From positions 1 through 44,973 of the forward strand of contig JAGTQA010000010.1 of the NCBI GenBank assembly GCA_018396975.1: a stretch of DNA of 44,973 nt, given 5' to 3'. The stretch's first letter is position 1. Every line of letters begins with the position of its first letter. The translations under genes were made by a program, and so were the position numbers. Positions 37,679-44,973 of the stretch are shown here, piece by piece. Origin of the DNA: Candidatus Bathyarchaeota archaeon. Lineage in GTDB: Archaea > Thermoproteota > Bathyarchaeia > Bathyarchaeales > DTEX01. The notes beneath the pieces were generated by a model that had not been told where the DNA came from, did no database searches, and was given only the letters and a program-made list of their open reading frames with translations.

Positions 37679-37712
37679 CTTAAAAGATTTGTGAATTTAA
37701 TTTGGCATCCAC

Positions 37713-38912
37713 TCACTCAAAGAAGTCCAATCCCTCAACCAGATATTTCCTCACAGTATTCTCATTAATTTCTATGCCAAGACCCGGCTTATCTGGAACG
37801 TTAACGAATCCATCTTTAATTAGCGGTCTCTCTATGCCTTCAACGAAGGCTTCCCATTCGGCTACATGGGCCGCATGATGCTCGAAGGCTATGAAGTTCT
37901 TTGGCATGGCGGCTGCTGCGTGGACGTTTGCCATGAAGGCTATTGGCAGACTATAGTTGTGTGGGGCTATGAGAACCCCGTAGAGGTCGGCGAACTCAGC
38001 TATCCACTTGAGCTCATATATTCCGCCAACGTCTGAGACGTCCGGGGCAACTATGTCAACAGCATGTTTATCTATTAGGTCTCTGAAGCCATATCTTAGG
38101 AATATTTGCTCCCCCGTCAGTATTGGAGTAGTCGTCCTCATTGAGAGCATCCGATATAGCCGGACTTCAGTATATGGTGAGCCGTCGCCAGTAAGTAGGT
38201 CCTCAGCCCACATGAGATTGAATGGCTCTAGGGCCTTAGCCAATCTCAGAGCCGAAGGATAGCTCTGTCCCGGGCCGCAGTCTAACGCTAGGCCGATCTC
38301 ATCGCCTAAAACATCCTTTAGGGCGCTTACAATAGCTATCTCGGACTTCAGCCCGCGCTCGGTCACATGCCCCCTAGTCGGATATATCCTCTCAGCCTCG
38401 AAGGATCCTCCGGGAACGCTTAGGAGCTGCCCACCGTGGAAGCCGATATCAAACTTTAGTATGGTGAAGCCCTCGGGAAGCGACTTCATACGCCTAGCCT
38501 TCTCAGCATAGGCCTCGGGGGTATACATTGATGCCGGATCCTTCGGATTTAGGGGTATGCCAGCCCCACAGTCACAGTAAACCCTAACCCTATCACGGAC
38601 CTTGCCCCCAAGAAGCCTATATACTGGTAGGCCGAGGGCCTTTCCAGCGATATCCCAAAGGGCCATTTCAATGGCGCTTAGGGCTGAACCCCAAGGCTTA
38701 AAGCCCCCTAGATGCCTAATCCTAGACATTAACCCCTCTATGTTTGTTGGGTCACGGCCAATCACATAGTTCTTTAGGTATAGGACGTGCTCTCTAGGGC
38801 AGTGAGCCTCCCCATACCCGCAGATCCCTTCATCCGTATCAACCCGTACAATCCCTAGTTTACCTAGACCCGGAACATTAACAACGGCAACCTTTAAATC
38901 CTTTATCTTCAA
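37713..38912 (-). CDS. Enolase-superfamily acid-sugar dehydratase (mandelate racemase/MLE family)
   Basis: AIEMALWDIAGK, LKFD, metal ligands in LDCG/WAED/TGEQ, APHN; TTG 38912 likely start. Confidence 0.88.
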   Translation of the reverse strand: MKIKDLKVAVVNVPGLGKLGIVRVDTDEGICGYGEAHCPREHVLYLKNYVIGRDPTNIEGLMSRIRHLGGFKPWGSALSAIEMALWDIAGKALGLPVYRLLGGKVRDRVRVYCDCGAGIPLNPKDPASMYTPEAYAEKARRMKSLPEGFTILKFDIGFHGGQLLSVPGGSFEAERIYPTRGHVTERGLKSEIAIVSALKDVLGDEIGLALDCGPGQSYPSALRLAKALEPFNLMWAEDLLTGDGSPYTEVRLYRMLSMRTTTPILTGEQIFLRYGFRDLIDKHAVDIVAPDVSDVGGIYELKWIAEFADLYGVLIAPHNYSLPIAFMANVHAAAAMPKNFIAFEHHAAHVAEWEAFVEGIERPLIKDGFVNVPDKPGLGIEINENTVRKYLVEGLDFFE

Positions 38913-39079
38913 TCTAACACAGCCCCCTAACCAAACCAAGTTAGTTATACGAGGCCTAAGGCATATATTACTTATATTATTTACCGATCTCAAGCCCTAG
39001 GAGATTCCGCCGGGGAAGCGATCACCTTAAATAGTGTCTGGGTAAAAGAGAAAGAGTAACCTTAAAGAGTGGTTTGGAG

Positions 39080-39730
39080 ATGTCCCTGAAAGATTATATT
39101 AGGGAGCTTAGGGCGATCCCAACGGCATCATTATCAGACGCCCTAAACCAGATAGACATAAACGGAACATTAAATGTTCACTTCAACCGGGTCTTAGAGG
39201 GCATTAGGATAGTTGGCCCAGCCGTCACCGTGCTCGATAAATATTCTAATAGGCGCGTTCCCCCCATAGAGGCGATAGAAGCCATAGATAATGCCGAGAG
39301 GGGCTCAGTTTTAGTTAGGGCCATTGAGGGTGGTGAGGCATGCGACATAGCACTCTTCGGCGGCCTAATGGCCCTCTCATCTAAGGTTAGGGGACTTGAG
39401 GGGGCCGTCATGTGCGGCGCAATAAGAGATTTTAGGGAGATTAAGGATATGGGATTTCAGGTTTTCTATAGGTTCCTATCACCCAACACTTCCATTGGGA
39501 GAACCGAGGTTAAAGCCGTTAATGTTCCAATAGAATATGGTGGGGTTAGGATAAATCCGGGCGACATAGTTGTCGGCGATGATGATGGCATAGTCATAAT
39601 ACCTAGGGATAGGCTGGCCGAGGTTATAGAGAGAGCCAAGCACATAGATGAGTTGGAGAGGAGGGAGGCTGAGGAGATAAGGAGGGGCAGACCCTTCTCG
39701 CAGGTAATAAGGGAGTATTCTAGGGTTTAA
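39080..39730 (+). CDS. RraA-family protein (HMG/CHA aldolase-like)
   Basis: TASLSDAL, GPAVTV, FGGLMA, GAIRD and INPGDIVVGDDDGIV motifs. Confidence 0.88.
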   Translation: MSLKDYIRELRAIPTASLSDALNQIDINGTLNVHFNRVLEGIRIVGPAVTVLDKYSNRRVPPIEAIEAIDNAERGSVLVRAIEGGEACDIALFGGLMALSSKVRGLEGAVMCGAIRDFREIKDMGFQVFYRFLSPNTSIGRTEVKAVNVPIEYGGVRINPGDIVVGDDDGIVIIPRDRLAEVIERAKHIDELERREAEEIRRGRPFSQVIREYSRV

Positions 39731-40673
39731 ATCTCTCTAGGAAATCCTCAACCTCACGCCTTCTCGGTATTGGCGCAACGGCCCCTAAACCCGTAGTCGT
39801 TAGGGCGCCGACGGCATTAGCAAATACACCAACCTCCCCAAGAGGTTTACCCTCCAAGAATCCAACGATGAAGGCTCCATCGAATGCGTCACCTGCACCC
39901 GTTGTATCGACAACATTAACTCTAAAGCCCGGGGCCATAATTTTTTCCTTACCGTCGAATATGAGGCAGCCTTCCCCACCCAATTTTATGACGATTATCT
40001 CTGGCTTAGCAATAGAGCATATCCTATTAATGATGGCGCCAACATCATCTTCATTATAGAGTAGGAGCATATCTTCCTTACTAGCAAAGACTATGTCAGC
40101 CATCCTCAAAGCCTCCTCAATATGAGGCCTAGCATGCTCAGGAGGCCAGAGCCTAGGCCTATAATTCACGTCGAAGCTGAAGATTCCACCGTGCTCCCTA
40201 ACGATCTCGGCCGCCCTGAGAACAGTCTCCCTGCAGCTATCGCTTATAGCCATAGATATCCCACTTGAATGGAAGACTTTTAAGCCGCTTAAGTATTCGT
40301 GGTTTAGGTCTGATGGCGAGTAGTGGCTTGCAGCAGACCCCCTGCGGAAATATGTAAAGTCATGTCTGCCATCCGGCATAAGCGATATGAAATATACACC
40401 TGTGAAGCCTCCCCTCTCAACTATAACCTGTGATGTGTCTATGCCCTCACTCCGCCAGAGATCTAAGAACGATGCGCCGAACTCATCATCTCCGATGCGG
40501 CATATATATCCCGCCCTACCACCCAACCTTGCAACCGCAACAATAAAGTTTGATGTGTCCCCGCCCCAACCCCTCTTAAACATCCAAACATCTTTAAGTC
40601 TCCCAATCTCAACAGCGCAGAACTCAACCATGGGCTCGCCGAAACTGGCCACCTCAATCACACTAACCACCAC
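39720..40673 (-). CDS. kdgK: PfkB-family sugar kinase, 2-keto-3-deoxygluconate kinase-like
   Basis: GEPMVEF, GGDTSN, SFDVNYRPRLW and DTTGAGDAFDG motifs. Confidence 0.8.
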   Translation of the reverse strand: MVVSVIEVASFGEPMVEFCAVEIGRLKDVWMFKRGWGGDTSNFIVAVARLGGRAGYICRIGDDEFGASFLDLWRSEGIDTSQVIVERGGFTGVYFISLMPDGRHDFTYFRRGSAASHYSPSDLNHEYLSGLKVFHSSGISMAISDSCRETVLRAAEIVREHGGIFSFDVNYRPRLWPPEHARPHIEEALRMADIVFASKEDMLLLYNEDDVGAIINRICSIAKPEIIVIKLGGEGCLIFDGKEKIMAPGFRVNVVDTTGAGDAFDGAFIVGFLEGKPLGEVGVFANAVGALTTTGLGAVAPIPRRREVEDFLERFKP

Positions 40674-40811
40674 ACGACAATAGCATTAAAGGGAAAGATA
40701 AAAATAATCTAATTTAGGCGGCCGCGGGATGGATTTCATGAGGATGTAGGCTGCTTGAGGACATAAACATAATAATGGTTCACTATAAATGTTTTTATGG
40801 TGGTATAGTTT

Positions 40812-41327
40812 TTGGGTTACATCCACCTTTACACCGGCGATGGAGAGGGAAAATCCATAACGGCCTTCGGTCTAGCCTTAAGGGCCATTGGACACGGATA
40901 TAAGGTTATAATAATTCAGTTTATGAAGGGGCGCAAGGATATCGGCGAATACAAGATTTGGAAGAGGCTCGCACCACAATACGAAATTCATCAGTTTGGG
41001 AGAAAAGAGTTCATAGACCTAAATAGGCCGGATCCAGTGGATTATGTGCTCGCTAGGAGGGCTCTTGAATTCGCTAAGAAGGCGATTAGAAGAAGGCCGC
41101 GCCTACTAATATTGGATGAGATAAACCTAGCGGTCTCAATTGGGCTGGTTAGACTAGAGGATGTTCTTGAACTATTAAATAATGTGCCAGAGCCAACCAC
41201 GGTCGTCTTGACCGGTAGGAATGCACCTAAAGAGCTTATTGAACGGGCTGACCTAGTAACCGAGATGAGGGAGATAAAACATCCTTGGAAGAGGGGTGTT
41301 CAGGCTAGGAGGGGAATAGAATACTAA
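40812..41327 (+). CDS. cobO: Cob(I)alamin adenosyltransferase (CobA/CobO/BtuR type)
   Basis: YTGDGEGKS, IQFMKG, ILDEIN, VLTGR, EIKHP and GIEY motifs. Confidence 0.9.
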   Translation: MGYIHLYTGDGEGKSITAFGLALRAIGHGYKVIIIQFMKGRKDIGEYKIWKRLAPQYEIHQFGRKEFIDLNRPDPVDYVLARRALEFAKKAIRRRPRLLILDEINLAVSIGLVRLEDVLELLNNVPEPTTVVLTGRNAPKELIERADLVTEMREIKHPWKRGVQARRGIEY

Positions 41328-41341
41328 AGTGCGCGGGAATG

Positions 41342-41482
41342 TTAGGATTTAGTCTGCTCCCTCCGTTCTTTAGCCGCCCCCTCACAGTAAACAAGGTATA
41401 AGAATGCCAGTATTAGGGCGACGAATATTAGTGCTGGTAGGATGACGAAGCCGAATACATTAAAGAATCCTTCCGCAGCCAT
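41342..41482 (-). CDS. Small single-pass membrane protein, 46 aa (MAAEGFFNVFGFVILPALIFVALILAFLYLVYCEGAAKERREQTKS)
   Basis: Translated by hand (below the ORF-track cutoff); GGAG upstream; fills the gap; one TM helix followed by a charged tail. Confidence 0.65.
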   Translation of the reverse strand: MAAEGFFNVFGFVILPALIFVALILAFLYLVYCEGAAKERREQTKS

Positions 41483-41524
41483 ATTAATACATCTCCGGAA
41501 AAGAATAATTTTGGGATCATATAT

Positions 41525-41935
41525 TTAAGGTGTTGCCTTTTTCCATTCGCTCATGAGGAAATCATACATTTCATCACTCTCCTCAATCTCATCGTACCAA
41601 CCCAATGCCTCAGCAATCCTCTGCCCAATTAGGTGATAGCATAGGTGGGCTTTCCGACTCATAACGTGAAAGTAGAAGTCGTCGCATGAGCAGAATCCAG
41701 CGTCTGGCATAACAATATAGTCCCTCTCTCTTCCAACAACAATCCACATAACTCTGCCGCTGGGCTTAAAAATATACTTCTTGACCCTATTATCCCTAAC
41801 TGCCTCCCAAGCCTTCTGGAACCTTGAGCCGAAGATCATGGCTAGGCGGGTTAAATGTTCACCAGTGATCTTACCAGCCCTCTTAACCTCCTCGCAAATC
41901 TTATCTAGGTCTGTGCTCTCAGACTCCCCGTTCAT
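41525..41935 (-). CDS. SWIM zinc-finger protein
   Basis: WIVVG..RDY...FCSCDDF...CYH (CxC...CxH). Confidence 0.85.
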   Translation of the reverse strand: MNGESESTDLDKICEEVKRAGKITGEHLTRLAMIFGSRFQKAWEAVRDNRVKKYIFKPSGRVMWIVVGRERDYIVMPDAGFCSCDDFYFHVMSRKAHLCYHLIGQRIAEALGWYDEIEESDEMYDFLMSEWKKATP

Positions 41936-42185
41936 GAATGGCTCATCCAGAATAATAATTGTTTTGGGCGCGAAATAAACTTATTCGCATAGAAACGGCA
42001 ACATTACCCCTCATATCTGCAATGGATCATCACAGCTCAGCCCGTCCATCGCAAATCATTGGGGCAAATAAAATATTACTACTCACCTAAATAAATCCTT
42101 ATTTTTCTGGCGCACCCCTTCATCCAGAAAAAATTTAATTTTCCGCTGAGTTATAATTGCGGTATCGCGAATAAAAAGTTGCGGA

Positions 42186-42848
42186 GTGATGCTGATGGAG
42201 GAGTTTTTACCTCTGGCCTCTGAGGAGGAGCTTAAGGAGGAGATATGTAAGACGATGAGGAGGCTATTTAATAGGGGCTTAATCTCAGCGTTGGGTGGGA
42301 ATATAAGTGCACGGCTTCCCGGAGCCAGCGAGTTTTGGATAACACCAAGCGGGGTCTTTAAGGGCGAGCTGGAGACTGAGGATTTAATTAAGGTGGATTT
42401 GGAGGGTAGGGTTATTGAGGGCTACCTAAGACCTTCCATAGAGACCCCATTTCATGCCATGATATATCGGAGGAGGGCAGATGTAAATGCGGTTGTGCAT
42501 AGCCATAATCCCATAGCAACTGGACTTGCACTAGCCGGAATAGAGATTAAGCCAGTAACTGTTGAGGCCGCCGTTGTCCTTAGGCGGGTTCGGATTGTTC
42601 CTTGGGCTTTCCCAGGAACCGATGCCTTAGCCAAGCTTGTCGGGGAGTATATTGAGGGTGCAAGGGCTCTCGTCCTAATGAATCATGGCGTGGTAGGTGT
42701 TGGGAGCAACCTACTTGAGGCTGAGACCATAGTTGAAACCCTAGAGGAAGTTGCAACAGCTCAGTTTGTTGCATCCATGTTTAAGAGGGATCTGCCGCTT
42801 ATACCGGAGGAGGACATGGAGCTAATAAAGAGGTTATATGGAGTTTAG
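42186..42848 (+). CDS. Class II aldolase/adducin family (FucA/MtnB-like)
   Basis: GGNISAR, ITPSG, PSIE, HSH and NHG zinc-binding motifs. Confidence 0.9.
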   Translation: MMLMEEFLPLASEEELKEEICKTMRRLFNRGLISALGGNISARLPGASEFWITPSGVFKGELETEDLIKVDLEGRVIEGYLRPSIETPFHAMIYRRRADVNAVVHSHNPIATGLALAGIEIKPVTVEAAVVLRRVRIVPWAFPGTDALAKLVGEYIEGARALVLMNHGVVGVGSNLLEAETIVETLEEVATAQFVASMFKRDLPLIPEEDMELIKRLYGV

Positions 42849-42861
42849 CTAGGGGATTTTA

Positions 42862-44694
42862 ATGTACGGCTACATTGGAAGAATATTGAGGATCGATTTA
42901 TCCTCTGGAGAAATCAAGAGGGAAAATATTAGTGAGGAGATTCTAAGGAAGTTTATCGGCGGAGTCGGTCTAGCGGCGAAAATAATATATGATGAGGTTA
43001 ATCCAGAGACCTCCCCATTTGACCCAGAAAATAAGTTGGTATTTATGACTGGACCACTAACTGGGACTATGGTTCCATGCACCGGCCGATATGTTGTCTG
43101 CGCTAAATCGCCCCTAACGGATGCTTGGGGTGAAGCCCACGCGGGCGGCTTCTGGGCTCGGGAGCTGAAGAGGGCTGGATATGATGGCATAGTTTTTGAA
43201 GGTAGGTCGGAGAGACCGGTCTACGTGGTCATTGACGATGAAGATGTTAGGATAGAAGATGCAAGCCACATGTGGGGTGAGGGATGCCTAAATGTTGAAG
43301 ATCGAATAAGAAGAGATCTCGGCGAGTCATTCAGGGTTGCATGCATTGGGCCAGCTGGGGAGAGACTTGTGAGGTTCGCATCAATAATTGGTGATGAGGG
43401 TAGGGCGGCTGGAAGATGCGGGATGGGCGCGGTTATGGGATCAAAGATGCTGAAGGCTATAGCTGTAAGGGGTTCTCGTGAGATCCCAGTTAAAGATCCG
43501 GAGCGCCTCAGGAATGTTCTTAGGAGGATATATCCGCAAATAATGTCCTTCCCAACAACTCAGATATATGCCTCCTACGGGACCAGCGGTGAACTCCTAT
43601 CTTTCTATGAGTATGGAGATGCCCCAGTAAAGAACTTTTCAGTAGGCAGATGGGCTGAGATTGATCATATATCTGGTGAGACCTATAATAAAATGATGGT
43701 TAAGGCTAAGAGGTCATGCTGGAACTGCCCAATAGCATGCTGGAGATATGTGAGGGTTGATGAGGGACCCTATGCTGGCTTGGAGCTTAAGAGGGGGCCG
43801 GAGTATGAGACTTTAACGGCTTTGGGCTCATTACTACTCAATAGTAAATTGGATGTTATTGTTAGAGCGAATTACCTCTGCAATCAATATGGCTTAGACA
43901 CGATATCAACTGGAGTCTGCATTGCTTTCGCCATGGAATGCTATGAAAGGGGCATAATAACTGAGAAGGATGCGGGAATCAGCCTAAAGTGGGGAGACCC
44001 GGAAGCAATACTCCACCTAATAGAGGATATAGGCGAGAGAAGAGGTCTAGGCGACATTTTAGCCGAGGGAGTTAAAAGAGCCTCTGCAAAGATTGGTGGT
44101 GGAAGCGAGAAATTCGCCATGCATGTTAAAGGCCTTGAGATGCCGATGCATGACCCAAGAGCCTTTAAGGGCATGGGCCTACAGTATGCTGTATCAAATA
44201 GGGGTGCATGCCACCTTCAGGGGATGGTTCTCCGGGTGGAGCAGGGCGAACGCATAACAGACCTAAAAATTTACGAACGCCTAGATAGGTTTGAGGTTAG
44301 GGGTAAGGGAAGCGTAGTGGCGACCGTTCAGAATTGGCATGAGGTTCTAGAATCCCTAATAATATGTAAGTTTCTCGGCATACCACCCGGCCACATACCA
44401 GGACTATATACGCTGGTAACCGGCATACATGTGACATTAGATCATTTAATCGAGGCTGGAGAACGCATATACAATATTAAAAGGATGTTTAATGTTAAAT
44501 GTGGCATTTCAAGGAAGGACGACACATTACCATATCGTATAATGCATGAGGGCTTGAGGGAGGGTGGAACATTAGGGAACCGCATTAGCCCAGAAGAACT
44601 CGACATTATGCTAAAAGAGTATTATATGGTTAGGGGCTGGGATGAGAATGGAATCCCAAGGGCTGAGACATTAAGGAGACTTGGCTTACAATAG
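42862..44694 (+). CDS. aor: Tungsten-dependent aldehyde:ferredoxin oxidoreductase family protein
   Basis: KSPLT, IGPAGE, AAGRCGMGAVMGSK, C-x2-C-x3-C, EYET, GLDTIS, HDPR and RGACH motifs. Confidence 0.93.
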   Translation: MYGYIGRILRIDLSSGEIKRENISEEILRKFIGGVGLAAKIIYDEVNPETSPFDPENKLVFMTGPLTGTMVPCTGRYVVCAKSPLTDAWGEAHAGGFWARELKRAGYDGIVFEGRSERPVYVVIDDEDVRIEDASHMWGEGCLNVEDRIRRDLGESFRVACIGPAGERLVRFASIIGDEGRAAGRCGMGAVMGSKMLKAIAVRGSREIPVKDPERLRNVLRRIYPQIMSFPTTQIYASYGTSGELLSFYEYGDAPVKNFSVGRWAEIDHISGETYNKMMVKAKRSCWNCPIACWRYVRVDEGPYAGLELKRGPEYETLTALGSLLLNSKLDVIVRANYLCNQYGLDTISTGVCIAFAMECYERGIITEKDAGISLKWGDPEAILHLIEDIGERRGLGDILAEGVKRASAKIGGGSEKFAMHVKGLEMPMHDPRAFKGMGLQYAVSNRGACHLQGMVLRVEQGERITDLKIYERLDRFEVRGKGSVVATVQNWHEVLESLIICKFLGIPPGHIPGLYTLVTGIHVTLDHLIEAGERIYNIKRMFNVKCGISRKDDTLPYRIMHEGLREGGTLGNRISPEELDIMLKEYYMVRGWDENGIPRAETLRRLGLQ

Positions 44695-44706
44695 GAAATT
44701 GATGTT

Positions 44707-44973
44707 TTAGGACTTGAGGTTTAATGTTGCAACATATGTTTCCTCATCAATAGGTTTTATCTCAAAACCCATTTTTCTACATATATGCGCTATCTTAGTG
44801 TTTTCGGCTAGAAATTCGCCAAATACCCTCTTCAATCCCATATCAATTCCAACCTTAATCACGTGGCTCATTAGCATTGTGCCTAAACCTTTATTCTGCC
44901 ATGGGTCCCCAACAACCACGGATATTTCACCACTTTCCCCATCGGGCTGAACGATTAGCATGGCTAAACCCAT
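44707..44973 (-). CDS. C-terminal GNAT acetyltransferase domain of a gene truncated by the window (probably Pat/acyl-CoA synthetase-GNAT type)
   Basis: GEISVVVGDPWQNKGLGT acetyl-CoA motif A, LAEN...KMGF; frame open to the window edge. Confidence 0.8.
   Translation of the reverse strand: MGLAMLIVQPDGESGEISVVVGDPWQNKGLGTMLMSHVIKVGIDMGLKRVFGEFLAENTKIAHICRKMGFEIKPIDEETYVATLNLKS

Noticed and set aside
41936-42185. Possible ncRNA or small gene in the 250-nt gap between the SWIM and aldolase genes
   Set aside because: Only very short ORFs and no convincing stem, C/D box pair or repeat; compatible with divergent promoters

Overview
Gene-dense archaeal chromosomal segment. The gene set (crenarchaeal-type PolB1, PurP pair, EndoQ, tungsten AOR, multi-intron tRNA) fits a thermophilic TACK archaeon, plausibly Bathyarchaeia; this is inference. 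In order it holds: a tRNA-Tyr(GTA) split by two introns; a solitary ECF S-component plus DUF4430 pair; housekeeping genes (COG1340, DUF373, purine nucleoside phosphorylase, uppS, ychF, two purP, M20 hydrolase, flavoprotein); a replication/repair neighbourhood (NUDIX, polB1, EndoQ, UDG) interrupted by an archaellum cluster (flaB-flaB-flaCDE-like-flaG-flaF-flaH-flaI-flaJ); an HTH-ACT protein divergent from argG-argH-carA-carB; a secreted protein convergent with a membrane-anchored wHTH regulator; and sugar-acid/aldehyde catabolic genes. No transposase, integrase or CRISPR array was seen. The most interesting unexplained signals are: (i) a palindrome RTTYCA-N6-TGARAC at similar distance upstream of both archaellum transcription units and of the secreted gene next to the membrane regulator, a candidate motility/surface regulon; (ii) a small helical ORFan ending in an HbYX-type tail, a candidate proteasome partner; (iii) a 33-bp element present twice in intergenic DNA 13.5 kb apart; (iv) apparently ordered splicing of the two tRNA introns.
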